A DNA stretch of 64,000 nucleotides from Leucobacter sp. (GTDB lineage: Bacteria; Actinomycetota; Actinomycetes; Actinomycetales; Microbacteriaceae), in NCBI GenBank assembly GCA_041655455.1, contig JBBAFK010000010.1:1161-65160 (forward strand). The letters are read 5' to 3'. Of this stretch, positions 8,597 to 18,062 are shown piece by piece. The position numbers and the translations under genes are program-made. The notes below the pieces were generated by a model, which was not told the origin of the DNA, did not search any database, and saw only the letters and a list, made by a program, of their open reading frames with translations. Position 1 is the first letter of the stretch. Each line of letters begins with the position of its first letter.

Positions 8597-9910
8597 ATGG
8601 CAGAAGCGGCGACGAAGCCGCACTTCAGGAAGGACAACGACGTGACCAGCACCTCCAGAATTCGCGGACTCCGCAACCTCGGTGTCGACGAACGGAGGGC
8701 TGCGGTGTGTGAGGCGCTCGGAGTGGAACCAGAGCTCCTCGCGCCGCTCGCCGAGAACGGGCTGAGCCCGGAGCAGGCGGACCGCATGGTGGAGAACGTC
8801 ATCGGGCAGATCGGTATCCCGGTCGGTGTCGCAACGAACTTCATCGTAAACGACCGCGAGGTGCTCGTGCCGATGGCCACCGAGGAGCCCTCTGTCATCG
8901 CGGCCGCCTCCAACATCGCACGAATGGCACGCCGTACGGGTGGCATCACCGTCACCGCGGATCCTCCGCTCATGCAGGCACAGATCCAGATCGTGGACGT
9001 GACGGATCCTGCTGGGGCGCGTGCCCGTATCCTCGACGCCCGTACCGAGATCCTCGATCTCGCCAACGCGCAGGACCCGAAGCTCGTCGAGATCGGCGGT
9101 GGCGCTCGCGACCTGATCGTACGCACCATCGATGGCGTGCTCGGCCACCACCTTGTCGCGCATCTGATCGTCGACGTTGGAGACGCCATGGGGGCGAACG
9201 CCGTGAACACCATGGCGGAAGCCGTCGCACCCCGCGTGGCGGAAATCGCCGAGGGCCGACAGCTGCTGCGCATCCTGACCAATCTGGCGGACCGTCGACT
9301 GACCCGTGCGCGAGTGACGATCCACCCCAACGAACTCGGCGGGCCCGAGGTGGCATCGAACATGATCGCTGGAGCCGCATTGGCCTACGACGATCCCTAC
9401 CGAGCCGCGACGCACAACAAGGGAATCATGAACGGCATCACCGCCGTGGTGCTCGCCACCGGGAACGACAGCCGTGCGGTCGAATCCGGCGCGCATGCCT
9501 ATGCCGCCCGCAGCGGTCAGTATCGAGCGCTCTCCCGTTTCGAAGCCGACCGTGACGGGAACCTCGTCGCGACCCTCGAACTGCCGATGGCCGTCGGTCT
9601 GGTCGGCGGAGCCACCAAGTCCCATCCTGCCGCGCGCGCCGCGGTCGCTCTGACTGAGGTAGGTAGCGCGATCGAACTCGCGCAGCTCATCTGCGCTGTC
9701 GGCCTGGCACAAAACGTCGCAGCCGTGCGGGCGCTCGCCGCTGAGGGCATCCAACGCGGACACATGGGGCTCCATGCCCGAAATGTCGCCATCGCCGCCG
9801 GCGCAAAGTCATTTGAAATCGACACGGTAGCAGCCGCCCTCGTCGAGCGCGGAGCGGTGCGCGCCGATGTCGCAGAGGTCGTGCTCACAGAGCTCAGGTT
9901 GCGGGAGTGA
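8597..9910 (+). CDS. mvaA: Hydroxymethylglutaryl-CoA reductase, class II, degradative (NAD-dependent) type
   Basis: ENVIGQIGIPVGVATNFIVNDREVLVPMATEEPSVIAAAS, DAMGANAVNTMAEAVAP, MAVGLVGGATK and GHMGLHARNVA closely follow the Pseudomonas mevalonii-type enzyme. Confidence 0.88.
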   Translation: MAEAATKPHFRKDNDVTSTSRIRGLRNLGVDERRAAVCEALGVEPELLAPLAENGLSPEQADRMVENVIGQIGIPVGVATNFIVNDREVLVPMATEEPSVIAAASNIARMARRTGGITVTADPPLMQAQIQIVDVTDPAGARARILDARTEILDLANAQDPKLVEIGGGARDLIVRTIDGVLGHHLVAHLIVDVGDAMGANAVNTMAEAVAPRVAEIAEGRQLLRILTNLADRRLTRARVTIHPNELGGPEVASNMIAGAALAYDDPYRAATHNKGIMNGITAVVLATGNDSRAVESGAHAYAARSGQYRALSRFEADRDGNLVATLELPMAVGLVGGATKSHPAARAAVALTEVGSAIELAQLICAVGLAQNVAAVRALAAEGIQRGHMGLHARNVAIAAGAKSFEIDTVAAALVERGAVRADVAEVVLTELRLRE

Positions 9911-10923
9911 GCGCAATCCGGGACCTCGGCTTGCAGGAGCCGGCACCCCGGGCCGGCCTCGATGATCAGGTCGAGCTCTGGGAGGTCTCGCCGCGCGGCG
10001 GGCTCCAGGCCGAACGCATGATCCTCGACGTGGCGTCCCGGATCGAGCTGATCGGGCGCCTCGTGAGAGCAGGCGCCCGGATCGTCGAGGCGGGAAGCTT
10101 CGTGCGACCCGACCGCGTTCCGGCAATGGCTGGCTCTGCCGAAGTTCTGGCGGGCGTGACCGACCTGCTTGCCCGCCTGCCCGTCCTGGTTCCGAACCCT
10201 CGCGGCTACGACCTCGCACGAGCGGCGGGTGCCAATGACATCGCCGTCGTTCTCAGCGTCACCGAGACCTTCTCCAGGAACAACCTCGGAGCTTCCCGTC
10301 AAACGATGGAGTGCGAGATCGAAGCGGTGACGCGACGTGCCCTGACAGAAGGCGTAAGGGTTCGCGGCTACCTCTCGATGGTATTCGGCGACCCGTGGGA
10401 GGGGCGAGTTCCGGTCTCCAAGGTCGTGCGTCTCACCTCGCTCATGCGGTCTTGGGGGATCCGCGAGTTCTCATTCGACGACACGATCGGCGTCGCGACC
10501 CCCGGCCGGGTCGTAGAAATCATACGGGCGCTCACCGATGCGGGGATCCCCCACACCGAGCTCGCGCTACATCTCCACGACGCATACGGGCAGGCGCTCG
10601 TGAACGTCTATGCCAGCTTGGAAGCCGGGATTCGTCGCTTCGGTGCCCCAGCGGCCGGCATTGGAGGCTGCCCCTTTGCACGTTCAGCAAACGGCAATCT
10701 GGCCACCGACGATCTCGTGTGGCTGCTCAACGGTCTCGGGCTCGACTCCGGCATCGACCTCGATGCGCTTGCAGAGACGAGCGCCTGGATCAGCGACACG
10801 CTGCTGCGGCCCGCGAGTTCTCGTGTTGCCACCCCGCTAAGGCCTCGGGCCCCGGAAGCACCGTCAAGGGACGACGTGCCCCGGTGGCTACACAAGGTGC
10901 CCATCCTTCCGACCGGGTACTAG
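9907..10923 (+). CDS. HMG-CoA lyase family (HMGL-like) protein, variant active site
   Basis: GTG 9907 overlaps the mvaA stop (GTGA). VELWEVSPRGGLQAE aligns to canonical EVGPRDGLQNE with Gly in place of the catalytic Asp (codon GGC at 9997-9999). HLHDAYGQALVN and GIGGCPFA are retained. Confidence 0.8.
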   Translation: MSAIRDLGLQEPAPRAGLDDQVELWEVSPRGGLQAERMILDVASRIELIGRLVRAGARIVEAGSFVRPDRVPAMAGSAEVLAGVTDLLARLPVLVPNPRGYDLARAAGANDIAVVLSVTETFSRNNLGASRQTMECEIEAVTRRALTEGVRVRGYLSMVFGDPWEGRVPVSKVVRLTSLMRSWGIREFSFDDTIGVATPGRVVEIIRALTDAGIPHTELALHLHDAYGQALVNVYASLEAGIRRFGAPAAGIGGCPFARSANGNLATDDLVWLLNGLGLDSGIDLDALAETSAWISDTLLRPASSRVATPLRPRAPEAPSRDDVPRWLHKVPILPTGY

Positions 10924-10960
10924 CACTCGAGCGAAAGGATCCTCCCGTGCGAGCCCCGAG

Positions 10961-11821
10961 TCAGACGATCGCGATCGGACGGAGCATGGAGCCAGTTGCC
11001 CCCCGGATCTTGAGCGGCAGGCCGACGAACAGGAACTCATGCACGTTCTCCGCCGCGAGTTCTTCGAGGTAGATGTTCTCCAGGATGTGGATCCCGTTCT
11101 TGATAAGCAGCACCTGGTGCACTGGGTGCGGATTGCCCTCGATGATCGACGGCATGACCTCGCAGGCCTCCGTATCAACTCCCACGCCCCGAACCTTCCG
11201 CTCGGCGCAATACTCCGCAATGGGTTTGGTGATCCCGGCACCGATCGACTTGCTGGTGTCAGGCCACGACCGCATCAGACCGGTGCGCACAAACACTACG
11301 TCGTTCTCCCGTACGTCGACCCCCTGAGCCTCGGCCGCACCTAAGAACTCCTCCAATGAGATCGGATAGTGGGCCTCGAGCTGGTCGACCCCGAGAAAGG
11401 CTGGGATATCGATCAGCACGCCCCGGGTGATGAACGGCACGATCGATGCCGCATCGCCCTTGCGCACGCCAAAGTCGCCTAGATGCTCGGCAGCGTTCGC
11501 GCCGTTCCACTCGTCGTCCTCACCGCAGCTGATGTGGCCCAAGGCATCCACATGGGAGCCCGAGTGGTTCGTCGCGATCATTAGTTCGGAGATCAGGCCA
11601 ATATTCTCCGAGTTCACCTCGGGGGCGAGCCATTCCTGGTCTCCGTCGACGCGGATCCCTCGCGGGCTCCGGTAGGTCATCACCTGGAACGGCGGATGCC
11701 CTGCCCAGATGGGCATCCCCGGCCACCGGCCGGGGTCGAGATCGAAGACCTCTCCTTGGGTCGGGAGCGCGAGCAGGTCGAGAAGACCTGCCACTTCGAT
11801 ACGGCCGCCGGGTGTACTCAA
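10961..11821 (-). CDS. Cyclase family protein (kynurenine formamidase-fold metal hydrolase)
   Basis: ATNHSGSHVDALGHIS matches the HxGTHxDxPxH-like motif. VLIDIP and VRTG segments are typical of PF04199 putative cyclases. Confidence 0.75.
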   Translation of the reverse strand: MSTPGGRIEVAGLLDLLALPTQGEVFDLDPGRWPGMPIWAGHPPFQVMTYRSPRGIRVDGDQEWLAPEVNSENIGLISELMIATNHSGSHVDALGHISCGEDDEWNGANAAEHLGDFGVRKGDAASIVPFITRGVLIDIPAFLGVDQLEAHYPISLEEFLGAAEAQGVDVRENDVVFVRTGLMRSWPDTSKSIGAGITKPIAEYCAERKVRGVGVDTEACEVMPSIIEGNPHPVHQVLLIKNGIHILENIYLEELAAENVHEFLFVGLPLKIRGATGSMLRPIAIV

Positions 11822-11954
11822 TTCTGTTACCTGCCTCTCGAATCGGGCGCCGACCTCGTCGCCGGCTGCATGTCACGCATTTCTGATGTCTTCGAATTTG
11901 CGTTAAATGTTGATCGTAAATATATAACGGTGTCGTCCGGATGACCAGCCCTGC

Positions 11955-12869
11955 TCACCCGGGGAACCACCCTGCCCTCGGCAATAGCGAATCCACCGGC
12001 TTTTCGAGCTGTCGCGAGAGCCATCCGGCGATCTCGATCAACTGCTCCGCGTCGAATCGCTCGCGCACGTCTGCACCGTCCATGGTGAGGCTGTAGAGTA
12101 AGTCTTCCGTCGCGATATTGCCAGTTGCCGCAGGGGCGAAGGGGCACCCCCCGAATCCACCCACCGACGCGTCGAGCGCGACAGGGCGGCCGATTGCCTC
12201 CGCAGCGGTGGCGGCAGCGATAGCGTTGCTGTAGCCGGTATTTCGGGTGTTATGGAAGTGGAAGCGCAACCCTTCATCGGCAAATCGCTCCGCGGCGAGA
12301 TCCGTGAGCTCACGCACCCGATGCGCACCGCCGACTCCGACCGTATCGGCGAAGGCGATCTCATCAGCCCCCATATCGAGCACCCGGAGCGTTGCGTCAC
12401 GCACGCGTTCCAGCGGGACCGGGCCGTCGAAGGGACAGCCGAAGGCGACAGCCAAGGTGACGCTCGATCGCCGACCGGCGTCGCGCGCAATCCTGACCGC
12501 CGTCTCCGATTCATTGAGCAGTTGCTCGGTTGTACGACCCTGATTGCGCATCGCGAATCCGTCCGTGACCGGAACGACCATGTTGAGTTCGTGCACACCG
12601 GTCTCGACGGCACGCTCTGCGCCGCGCAGATTCAAGATCAGCCCGATGTAGGAGACTTCATCCGCTTGCGGCAACGCCGCCAGCACTGCCTCCGCATGCG
12701 CCATCTGCGGCACGCGATCGGGGTGGACGAAGCTCACCGCCTCGATCCTGCGCGCGCCCGATTCGACCAGCCGCTCGATGAACTCAACACGGGTCTCCAC
12801 ATCGAGGGTCTTCGCCTCATTCTGCAGCCCGTCACGAGGCCCGACCTCAAGGATCTCAATTTCGCTCAT
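11955..12869 (-). CDS. Hydroxymethylglutaryl-CoA lyase family protein (canonical active site)
   Basis: MSEIEILEVGPRDGLQNEAKTL, FHFHNTRNTGYSNAIAA and VGGFGGCPFAPAATGNIATEDL match the HMGL-like TIM-barrel signature. Confidence 0.85.
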   Translation of the reverse strand: MSEIEILEVGPRDGLQNEAKTLDVETRVEFIERLVESGARRIEAVSFVHPDRVPQMAHAEAVLAALPQADEVSYIGLILNLRGAERAVETGVHELNMVVPVTDGFAMRNQGRTTEQLLNESETAVRIARDAGRRSSVTLAVAFGCPFDGPVPLERVRDATLRVLDMGADEIAFADTVGVGGAHRVRELTDLAAERFADEGLRFHFHNTRNTGYSNAIAAATAAEAIGRPVALDASVGGFGGCPFAPAATGNIATEDLLYSLTMDGADVRERFDAEQLIEIAGWLSRQLEKPVDSLLPRAGWFPG

Positions 12870-13311
12870 CGCCGTTTCCTCCCACGAAATCAGTCGGCCG
12901 ATAGAACGAGGGCATCGCCCGCACCGGCCGCAACAGCTCCTCCGTCACGGCTGTCGGCTCTGGTTCGGCGCCCTCGTACTCATCGAGGATCCGCCCTGAG
13001 CCCAACCACTCTTGAGCCACCGGAGACTTAAAGAACGAAGCCGCGATCGCATAGGTTAGCTGCGCGAACTCCGCCGGCGCATCACGCTCCAGTCGATCGA
13101 GATAGGCACGTGCCCCTTCCTCTGGTTTATAGGCATCGAGCGTCATTCGAAGCTGCTCCGCAAGGTCCGGGCGCTCGGCCAGGGTGACATCAATCCAGAT
13201 CTCGGTGACTCCCGCCTCTCGTGCGGACGGGCCGTCATCGCTCTGCGGGATCAAGGTCACTGCAAGCACACCGAGCGCTTCCCTCTGCTCGTCGCTCAGT
13301 TCGTTCGTCAT
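12856..13311 (-). CDS. Gluconate 2-dehydrogenase subunit 3-like small subunit (partner of the GMC flavoprotein); no Tat/signal peptide seen
   Basis: LAVTLIPQSDDGPSAREAGVTEIWIDV resembles the conserved IPxD..PGA...GV..FID motif. ATGA overlap with the GMC gene (13308-13311) and a 14-nt overlap with the downstream lyase gene. Confidence 0.6.
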   Translation of the reverse strand: MTNELSDEQREALGVLAVTLIPQSDDGPSAREAGVTEIWIDVTLAERPDLAEQLRMTLDAYKPEEGARAYLDRLERDAPAEFAQLTYAIAASFFKSPVAQEWLGSGRILDEYEGAEPEPTAVTEELLRPVRAMPSFYRPTDFVGGNGDERN

Positions 13312-14891
13312 CGCCGCTCCCCCTGATCAATGAATGCGCGGGCCGACCACAGGGCCAGCGCCGCCTGAGTCGCGACGGGGTTCAGCCCGCCTGAGGTCAC
13401 CCACGTGCTTGAATCGAAGATGAAAAGGTTCGGCACATCGTGGCAGCGCCCATACCGATCCGTCACGGAGGTCGCGGGATCTTCACCCATCACCGTCGTA
13501 CCCATGAGGTGCCAGCCGCTCTGTCTCACCATGGGGGCCACGACGACCTCGATGGCCCCTGCAGCCTCGAACACGCGCTTCGCCTGCTGCGTGTGCCAGT
13601 CGAGCAGCGCGCGCGAGTTCTCGTCGGCCCGATAGTGGATTCGGATCCCCGGCAGCCCGGCGGCATCGACGGCGGACGCATCTAGCTCGATACGGTTCGA
13701 TTCGAGCGGCAGGTCCTCGCCAACGAAGCTAAACATCGCCGAACGATTGTACCGGCGCTTGATCGTGCGGTGAAAGTTCTCGTACCATAGCGTCTCGTTC
13801 GCGGCCTCCCATGGATAGGACCGAGTGAGGCTCAGCGGGCCTCCTGTGGGCTGCAATCCCCACTTGACGCCACGGACAAAGCCTCGCGTCGGGTCGCTCT
13901 CGTAGAAGTGCATGCTCTGGATCTGCTGGCCGAGCGGGCTCACCGCCGAATCGACCTCATCGGGGAAGACCCCGGCGACCGCACCGAACGGATGCATCAT
14001 TAGCCGCTTCCCCACGAGACCGGAGGAGTTAGCCAGGCCCGCCGGATGCTCATCGCTCGCCGACATAAGCAGGATGCGCGGAGTGCCCAGTCCGTTGGCG
14101 CAGAGGATCACCGACCCAGACCGCACCTCGTGGCGCTCACCGTCCGCATCGATGTACTCGCAGCCGACCGCGCGATCTCCTTCGGTCAGAACACGACTCA
14201 CCCGCGCTCCGACACGGAGCTCGACCCCTAGCTCCAGCGCGGTCGGCCAACCGAGCACATCGGTAGAGAGCTTCACCGCCCCGTCCAGCTCGCCGGACGC
14301 GGCCGCCCGCTTGCCCGGATAGATCGAGCTCGCGCCTGGCCACCACGCCATGCCGAGATCGTTGAACGCCCCTGCGACCCGGCGACCAAACTCGCGCAGC
14401 GGGATCGGCGGGAGCTCGGGCCCATCACCAGCTGGATAGGCGGGATCTCCGGCAAGCCCGCCCACTCGGAGCTCCCGCTCAACCTCAACGTAGTACGGCT
14501 CCAGGTCCTCGTAACTGAGGGGCCAGTCGTCTGCGACACCGTCCTGAGAACGCACTCGGAAGTCCCCGGGAGTCATTCGATTCCACTTCGCGAGATAGAG
14601 AACCGTGCTCCCCCCGACACCGTTCCACATAAGCGCGGTGATGTCCGAATCGGTGTCGTCAATGGGGTAGTCGGCCGGGTTCCGCCGAGCATTCGGGTCC
14701 CGCTTCCAGCAGCGTTCGGCAAGGATCTCGGAATCGAGATCGTGCACGGCTCCATCAGCCGCGTAATCAGGCCAGTCACCCTGCTCGAGACACAACACAG
14801 AGCGGCCCGCACGTGCGAGCTCGATTGCGGCGATCGCCCCGGATAGACCCGCCCCGACGATGATGACGTCGGCATCATTGCGCTCGGTCAT
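13308..14891 (-). CDS. GMC family FAD-dependent oxidoreductase
   Basis: N-terminal DVIIVGAGLSGAIAAIELARAG (GxGxxG). C-terminal HLMGTTVMGEDPATSVTDRYGRCHDVPNLFIFDSSTWVTSGGLNPVATQAALA is the GMC signature. Confidence 0.88.
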   Translation of the reverse strand: MTERNDADVIIVGAGLSGAIAAIELARAGRSVLCLEQGDWPDYAADGAVHDLDSEILAERCWKRDPNARRNPADYPIDDTDSDITALMWNGVGGSTVLYLAKWNRMTPGDFRVRSQDGVADDWPLSYEDLEPYYVEVERELRVGGLAGDPAYPAGDGPELPPIPLREFGRRVAGAFNDLGMAWWPGASSIYPGKRAAASGELDGAVKLSTDVLGWPTALELGVELRVGARVSRVLTEGDRAVGCEYIDADGERHEVRSGSVILCANGLGTPRILLMSASDEHPAGLANSSGLVGKRLMMHPFGAVAGVFPDEVDSAVSPLGQQIQSMHFYESDPTRGFVRGVKWGLQPTGGPLSLTRSYPWEAANETLWYENFHRTIKRRYNRSAMFSFVGEDLPLESNRIELDASAVDAAGLPGIRIHYRADENSRALLDWHTQQAKRVFEAAGAIEVVVAPMVRQSGWHLMGTTVMGEDPATSVTDRYGRCHDVPNLFIFDSSTWVTSGGLNPVATQAALALWSARAFIDQGERR

Positions 14892-14992
14892 GGCTTCCCT
14901 TCCACGGCCGGCCCACTCGTCGGAGACGGCGATCCGGCATCACTGAATACAAACTCTTGCAAGACCTGCCGCCTGCACCACCACAGATCTTA

Positions 14993-15143
14993 TTGCATAC
15001 AACTATGTGGCCCAGGGCGCCCCATGTCAATATCTCAAAGATTCAAAAGTGACTAATTCATGCGGATGACCTCTTGTCCTTTCGTTTAGCGTGCGGCAGA
15101 ATTGGGGCAATCCATCCACTCGTCTTGCACCTTTTGCATACAA
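14993..15143. promoter_or_regulatory. Divergent promoter region with two identical TTGCATACAA boxes
   Basis: The exact 10-mer ttgcatacaa occurs at 14993-15002 and 15134-15143, in the AT-rich spacer between the GMC operon (-) and the CoA-transferase gene (+). It is near-palindromic, like FadR/GntR-type operators. Confidence 0.4.
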
Positions 15144-15159
15144 TTAGGGGGCATGTCCT

Positions 15160-16362
15160 ATGGCTCACCACACCGGCCCGCTCTCAGGAGTCCGCGTTAT
15201 CGAAATGGGCTCTCTGATCGCGGGCCCCTACTGCGGCCAAGTGCTCGGCGACCTCGGCGCCGAGGTCATCAAGATTGAGCCGCCTGGGCAGGGGGATGCC
15301 ATGCGCACCTGGGGCCGGCAGACGGAAGACGGTCGGGGCGTCTGGTGGGCTGCGATCGCCCGGAACAAGCAGTCAGTGACGTGCGACCTGCGTACGGAGG
15401 CAGGCCAGGAGATCGCCAGGGACCTCATCGCCGAATCAGACGTATTGATCGAGAACTTCCGTCCGGGCACTCTTGCTAGGTGGAATCTAGCGCCGTCCGA
15501 CTTGATGGAGCGGGATCCGCGCCTCATCGTGGCCCACGTAAGCGGATTCGGCCAGGACGGACCGTATGCCCAGCGCGCGGGCTATGCCGCCATCGGCGAG
15601 GCGATGGCCGGTCTGCGCTATCTGACCGGCTTTCCCGATCGGGAACCCGTCCGCGTTGGCCTTTCCGTCGGCGACTCACTGGCGGGCCTCTACACCGCCC
15701 TTGGCGTTATCACCGCGATCTACGAACGCGAGCGTTCCGGCAGGGGACAAGAGGTGGACACCGCGATCTATGAGTCGGTGCTCGCCTTCACCGAGTCTCT
15801 GCTCGCCGACTTCGCCATCTTCGATGTCATCCGTGAGCGGACCGGCCCGACCTTGCCAAAGATCGCGCCGTCCAACGCCTACGCCGCGTCGGACGGCAGG
15901 TACGTCGTAATCGCGGCAAATCAGGACACGGTGTTCCGCCGCCTCGCCGAAGCAATGGGGCAGCCCGAGCTCGCCGACGACCCGCGCTTCGCAACCCACA
16001 TCGCCCGCGGCGAGCACCAGGACGAGATCGACGGCATCATCGGCGACTGGGCGAAAACGGTCCCCTCGGAGGAGCTCATCACTGAACTTAATGCCGCAGG
16101 GGTGCCCACCGGCGGAATCAACACGGCGCGAGACATACTCCGAGACCCGCACATCCTCGAGCGCGGGGCAGTCGCATGGGTCGATGCCGCAGGTATCGGC
16201 GACGTGCCAATGCCCGCGCCGATGCCTCGTCTCTCCCGCACGCCCGGCGTCATCAAACACGCGGGACCCGAACTCGGTACCGACACCGAGGCCGTGCTTA
16301 CACGGATTCTCAGCAAATCCCCGGACGAGATCGATGCGTTGAAGCGGTCAGGAACGGTCTGA
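15160..16362 (+). CDS. CaiB/BaiF family III CoA-transferase
   Basis: LSGVRVIEMGSLIAGPYCGQVLGDLGAEVIKIEPPGQGDAMRTWG and RPGTLARWNL are typical family III CoA-transferase motifs. Confidence 0.88.
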   Translation: MAHHTGPLSGVRVIEMGSLIAGPYCGQVLGDLGAEVIKIEPPGQGDAMRTWGRQTEDGRGVWWAAIARNKQSVTCDLRTEAGQEIARDLIAESDVLIENFRPGTLARWNLAPSDLMERDPRLIVAHVSGFGQDGPYAQRAGYAAIGEAMAGLRYLTGFPDREPVRVGLSVGDSLAGLYTALGVITAIYERERSGRGQEVDTAIYESVLAFTESLLADFAIFDVIRERTGPTLPKIAPSNAYAASDGRYVVIAANQDTVFRRLAEAMGQPELADDPRFATHIARGEHQDEIDGIIGDWAKTVPSEELITELNAAGVPTGGINTARDILRDPHILERGAVAWVDAAGIGDVPMPAPMPRLSRTPGVIKHAGPELGTDTEAVLTRILSKSPDEIDALKRSGTV

Positions 16363-17040
16363 ACCGGCCGACTCATCTTCCCCGGTCTCCTCGAGGAACT
16401 TCATCGCCGCCTCGGAGCCCGAGGAGATGTGCTCCCGCAGTTGCTTCTCCACCGCGTCAGGATCGCTCGAGCGGAGCGCGGCAAGCACCTCATCATGCCC
16501 TGCGATCGAGTCGAGCGCCCGATCGCTGAGGCTGATGGCCTGGTATGGGACACCATTCCACAGCCGCTGGGTGAAGTCGAGCAGGATCGGAGAGCCCGAG
16601 AACTCGTAGAGCTTCATGTGGAACTGCTTATTTAGTGAGGGGATGAGATCGAGTCGGTCGTCGGCTACCACCTGTTTCATCCGGTCGTTGATCCGCATGA
16701 GCTCGGTGATCTCATCGTAGGTCACCCGTTCACAGGCGAGCCGAGCGGCGTATGGCTCAAGTACCATGCGCAGCCGATAGACTTCTCGAGCCCGTTCGAC
16801 ATCGAGCCCGAGGACGACGGCGCTCGAATGAGGGCGCGTCGCCACCAGCCCCTCAGCATGCAGCATCTGCAGCGCCTCGCGAAGCGGCGTGTAGCTCATA
16901 TTGAGCTCCTCGGCCAGCATCGTGAGCTTCAGCTGGGTTCCCGGGGGGAAGACGCCGTCACGAATCGCCTCACGGAGCACCCGAGCAGCCATAGAGCTCT
17001 TCGTCACGTTGTCATCGAGGGGTCCTAACAATGCGGACAT
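16348..17040 (-). CDS. GntR family transcriptional regulator (FadR/FCD subfamily)
   Basis: N-terminal wHTH LKLTMLAEELNMSYTPLREALQMLHAEGLVATRPHSSAVV with a helical FCD-type C-terminal domain. Confidence 0.85.
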   Translation of the reverse strand: MSALLGPLDDNVTKSSMAARVLREAIRDGVFPPGTQLKLTMLAEELNMSYTPLREALQMLHAEGLVATRPHSSAVVLGLDVERAREVYRLRMVLEPYAARLACERVTYDEITELMRINDRMKQVVADDRLDLIPSLNKQFHMKLYEFSGSPILLDFTQRLWNGVPYQAISLSDRALDSIAGHDEVLAALRSSDPDAVEKQLREHISSGSEAAMKFLEETGEDESAGSDRS

Positions 17041-17108
17041 CTCATCACCTTCTCACAGTCCGGCCGGGGATCGCTGCAGGCTCTCCCTGCATCAGCGCGA
17101 GCCACCTA

Positions 17109-17144
17109 CAAAAAACGGGGCTGATCGACAATAAATCAGCCCCG
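17109..17144 (-). terminator. Rho-independent terminator of the transporter-lactonase operon
   Basis: Hairpin cggggctgat/atcagccccg (17116-17144) is followed on the minus strand by TTTTTTG (complement of 17109-17115), 18 nt after the lactonase stop. Confidence 0.7.
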
Positions 17145-17161
17145 AGATTTGTTGATCCAGA

Positions 17162-18019
17162 TTATACGGGTCCGGGAACCGAAACCCGGACGGCTTGGAT
17201 CTTGCCGTCCCTGGTCGCTTCTGTCACCGGGGGCATGTAGCTGTCAGCGGTCGAGATGTATAGCGTCCGCCCATCGGGACCGCCCAACACGCAGTCGATC
17301 GCGCATCTGCCCGGCACCTCGATACGATCCGTGATCTCACCACCCTCCAGGACACGCAGGAACTCACCGGTGTCGAGGGATGAGATCCAGATCCCCCCCT
17401 CGAGATCAACACAGCTCCCATCCGGGGTCTTGTCGTCCGGCAGTTCCGCCCAGGTCCGCCGATTATCCAGCCCGCCATCGGGCTGGATGTCGAACGCCGT
17501 CATCAGATGACCCCAGGTCTCCCCGAGGACCAATGTGCGAGTGCCGGGGATGATGTTCGCACTGTTCGGGAACACGAAGCCATCGGCGGCCAAACTTGCG
17601 GATCCATCGGTCTCGACCACATAGAGTGGCCCAAGCTTCGGTTCCTCGCCTCCGTACACGTCGTAGCCGAAGGCGCCGACATAGGTGCGCCCGGTGTCCT
17701 CGTCAACCATGAGGTCGTTGATGAGCGAATCGCTCACGCCCGTGAGGTCCGCGAACACCTCGGTCGATCCGTCCGCCTTGATCGTCCGAAGCACGCGCTC
17801 ATTCATCGCGCTCACGATGAATCGCCCGTCGGGCAACCAGCCGAGCCCCGAGGACTGACAGTCCAGTGTTGCCAGCAAGCGGGGCTGCTGATCAACGGCG
17901 GGATCGAAGACGAACACCTCCCCGGTGTGCATGTCCGAGAACCAGAGCTTGCCGTCTCGCCAACGGTTTCCTTCAGGGAACCTCATCCCTGTCACCACAT
18001 CTTGCAAGTCGAAACTCAC
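17162..18019 (-). CDS. SMP-30/gluconolactonase/LRE family lactonase
   Basis: FPEGNRWRDGKLWFSDMHTGEVFVFD, GLGWLPDGRFIVS and PDGSCVDLEGGIWIS are beta-propeller repeats typical of SMP-30 lactonases. Confidence 0.85.
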   Translation of the reverse strand: MSFDLQDVVTGMRFPEGNRWRDGKLWFSDMHTGEVFVFDPAVDQQPRLLATLDCQSSGLGWLPDGRFIVSAMNERVLRTIKADGSTEVFADLTGVSDSLINDLMVDEDTGRTYVGAFGYDVYGGEEPKLGPLYVVETDGSASLAADGFVFPNSANIIPGTRTLVLGETWGHLMTAFDIQPDGGLDNRRTWAELPDDKTPDGSCVDLEGGIWISSLDTGEFLRVLEGGEITDRIEVPGRCAIDCVLGGPDGRTLYISTADSYMPPVTEATRDGKIQAVRVSVPGPV

Positions 18020-18062
18020 TTCTTTTCACCCTCTCGTTACTATTCATTGGATTTCGCGCCAC

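Noticed and set aside
8530-10302. Minus-strand ORFs 8530..9363, 8570..9775 and 9517..10302, opposite mvaA and the lyase gene.
   Set aside because: They lie antisense to genes with near-canonical family motifs, and their own products have no domain resemblance.
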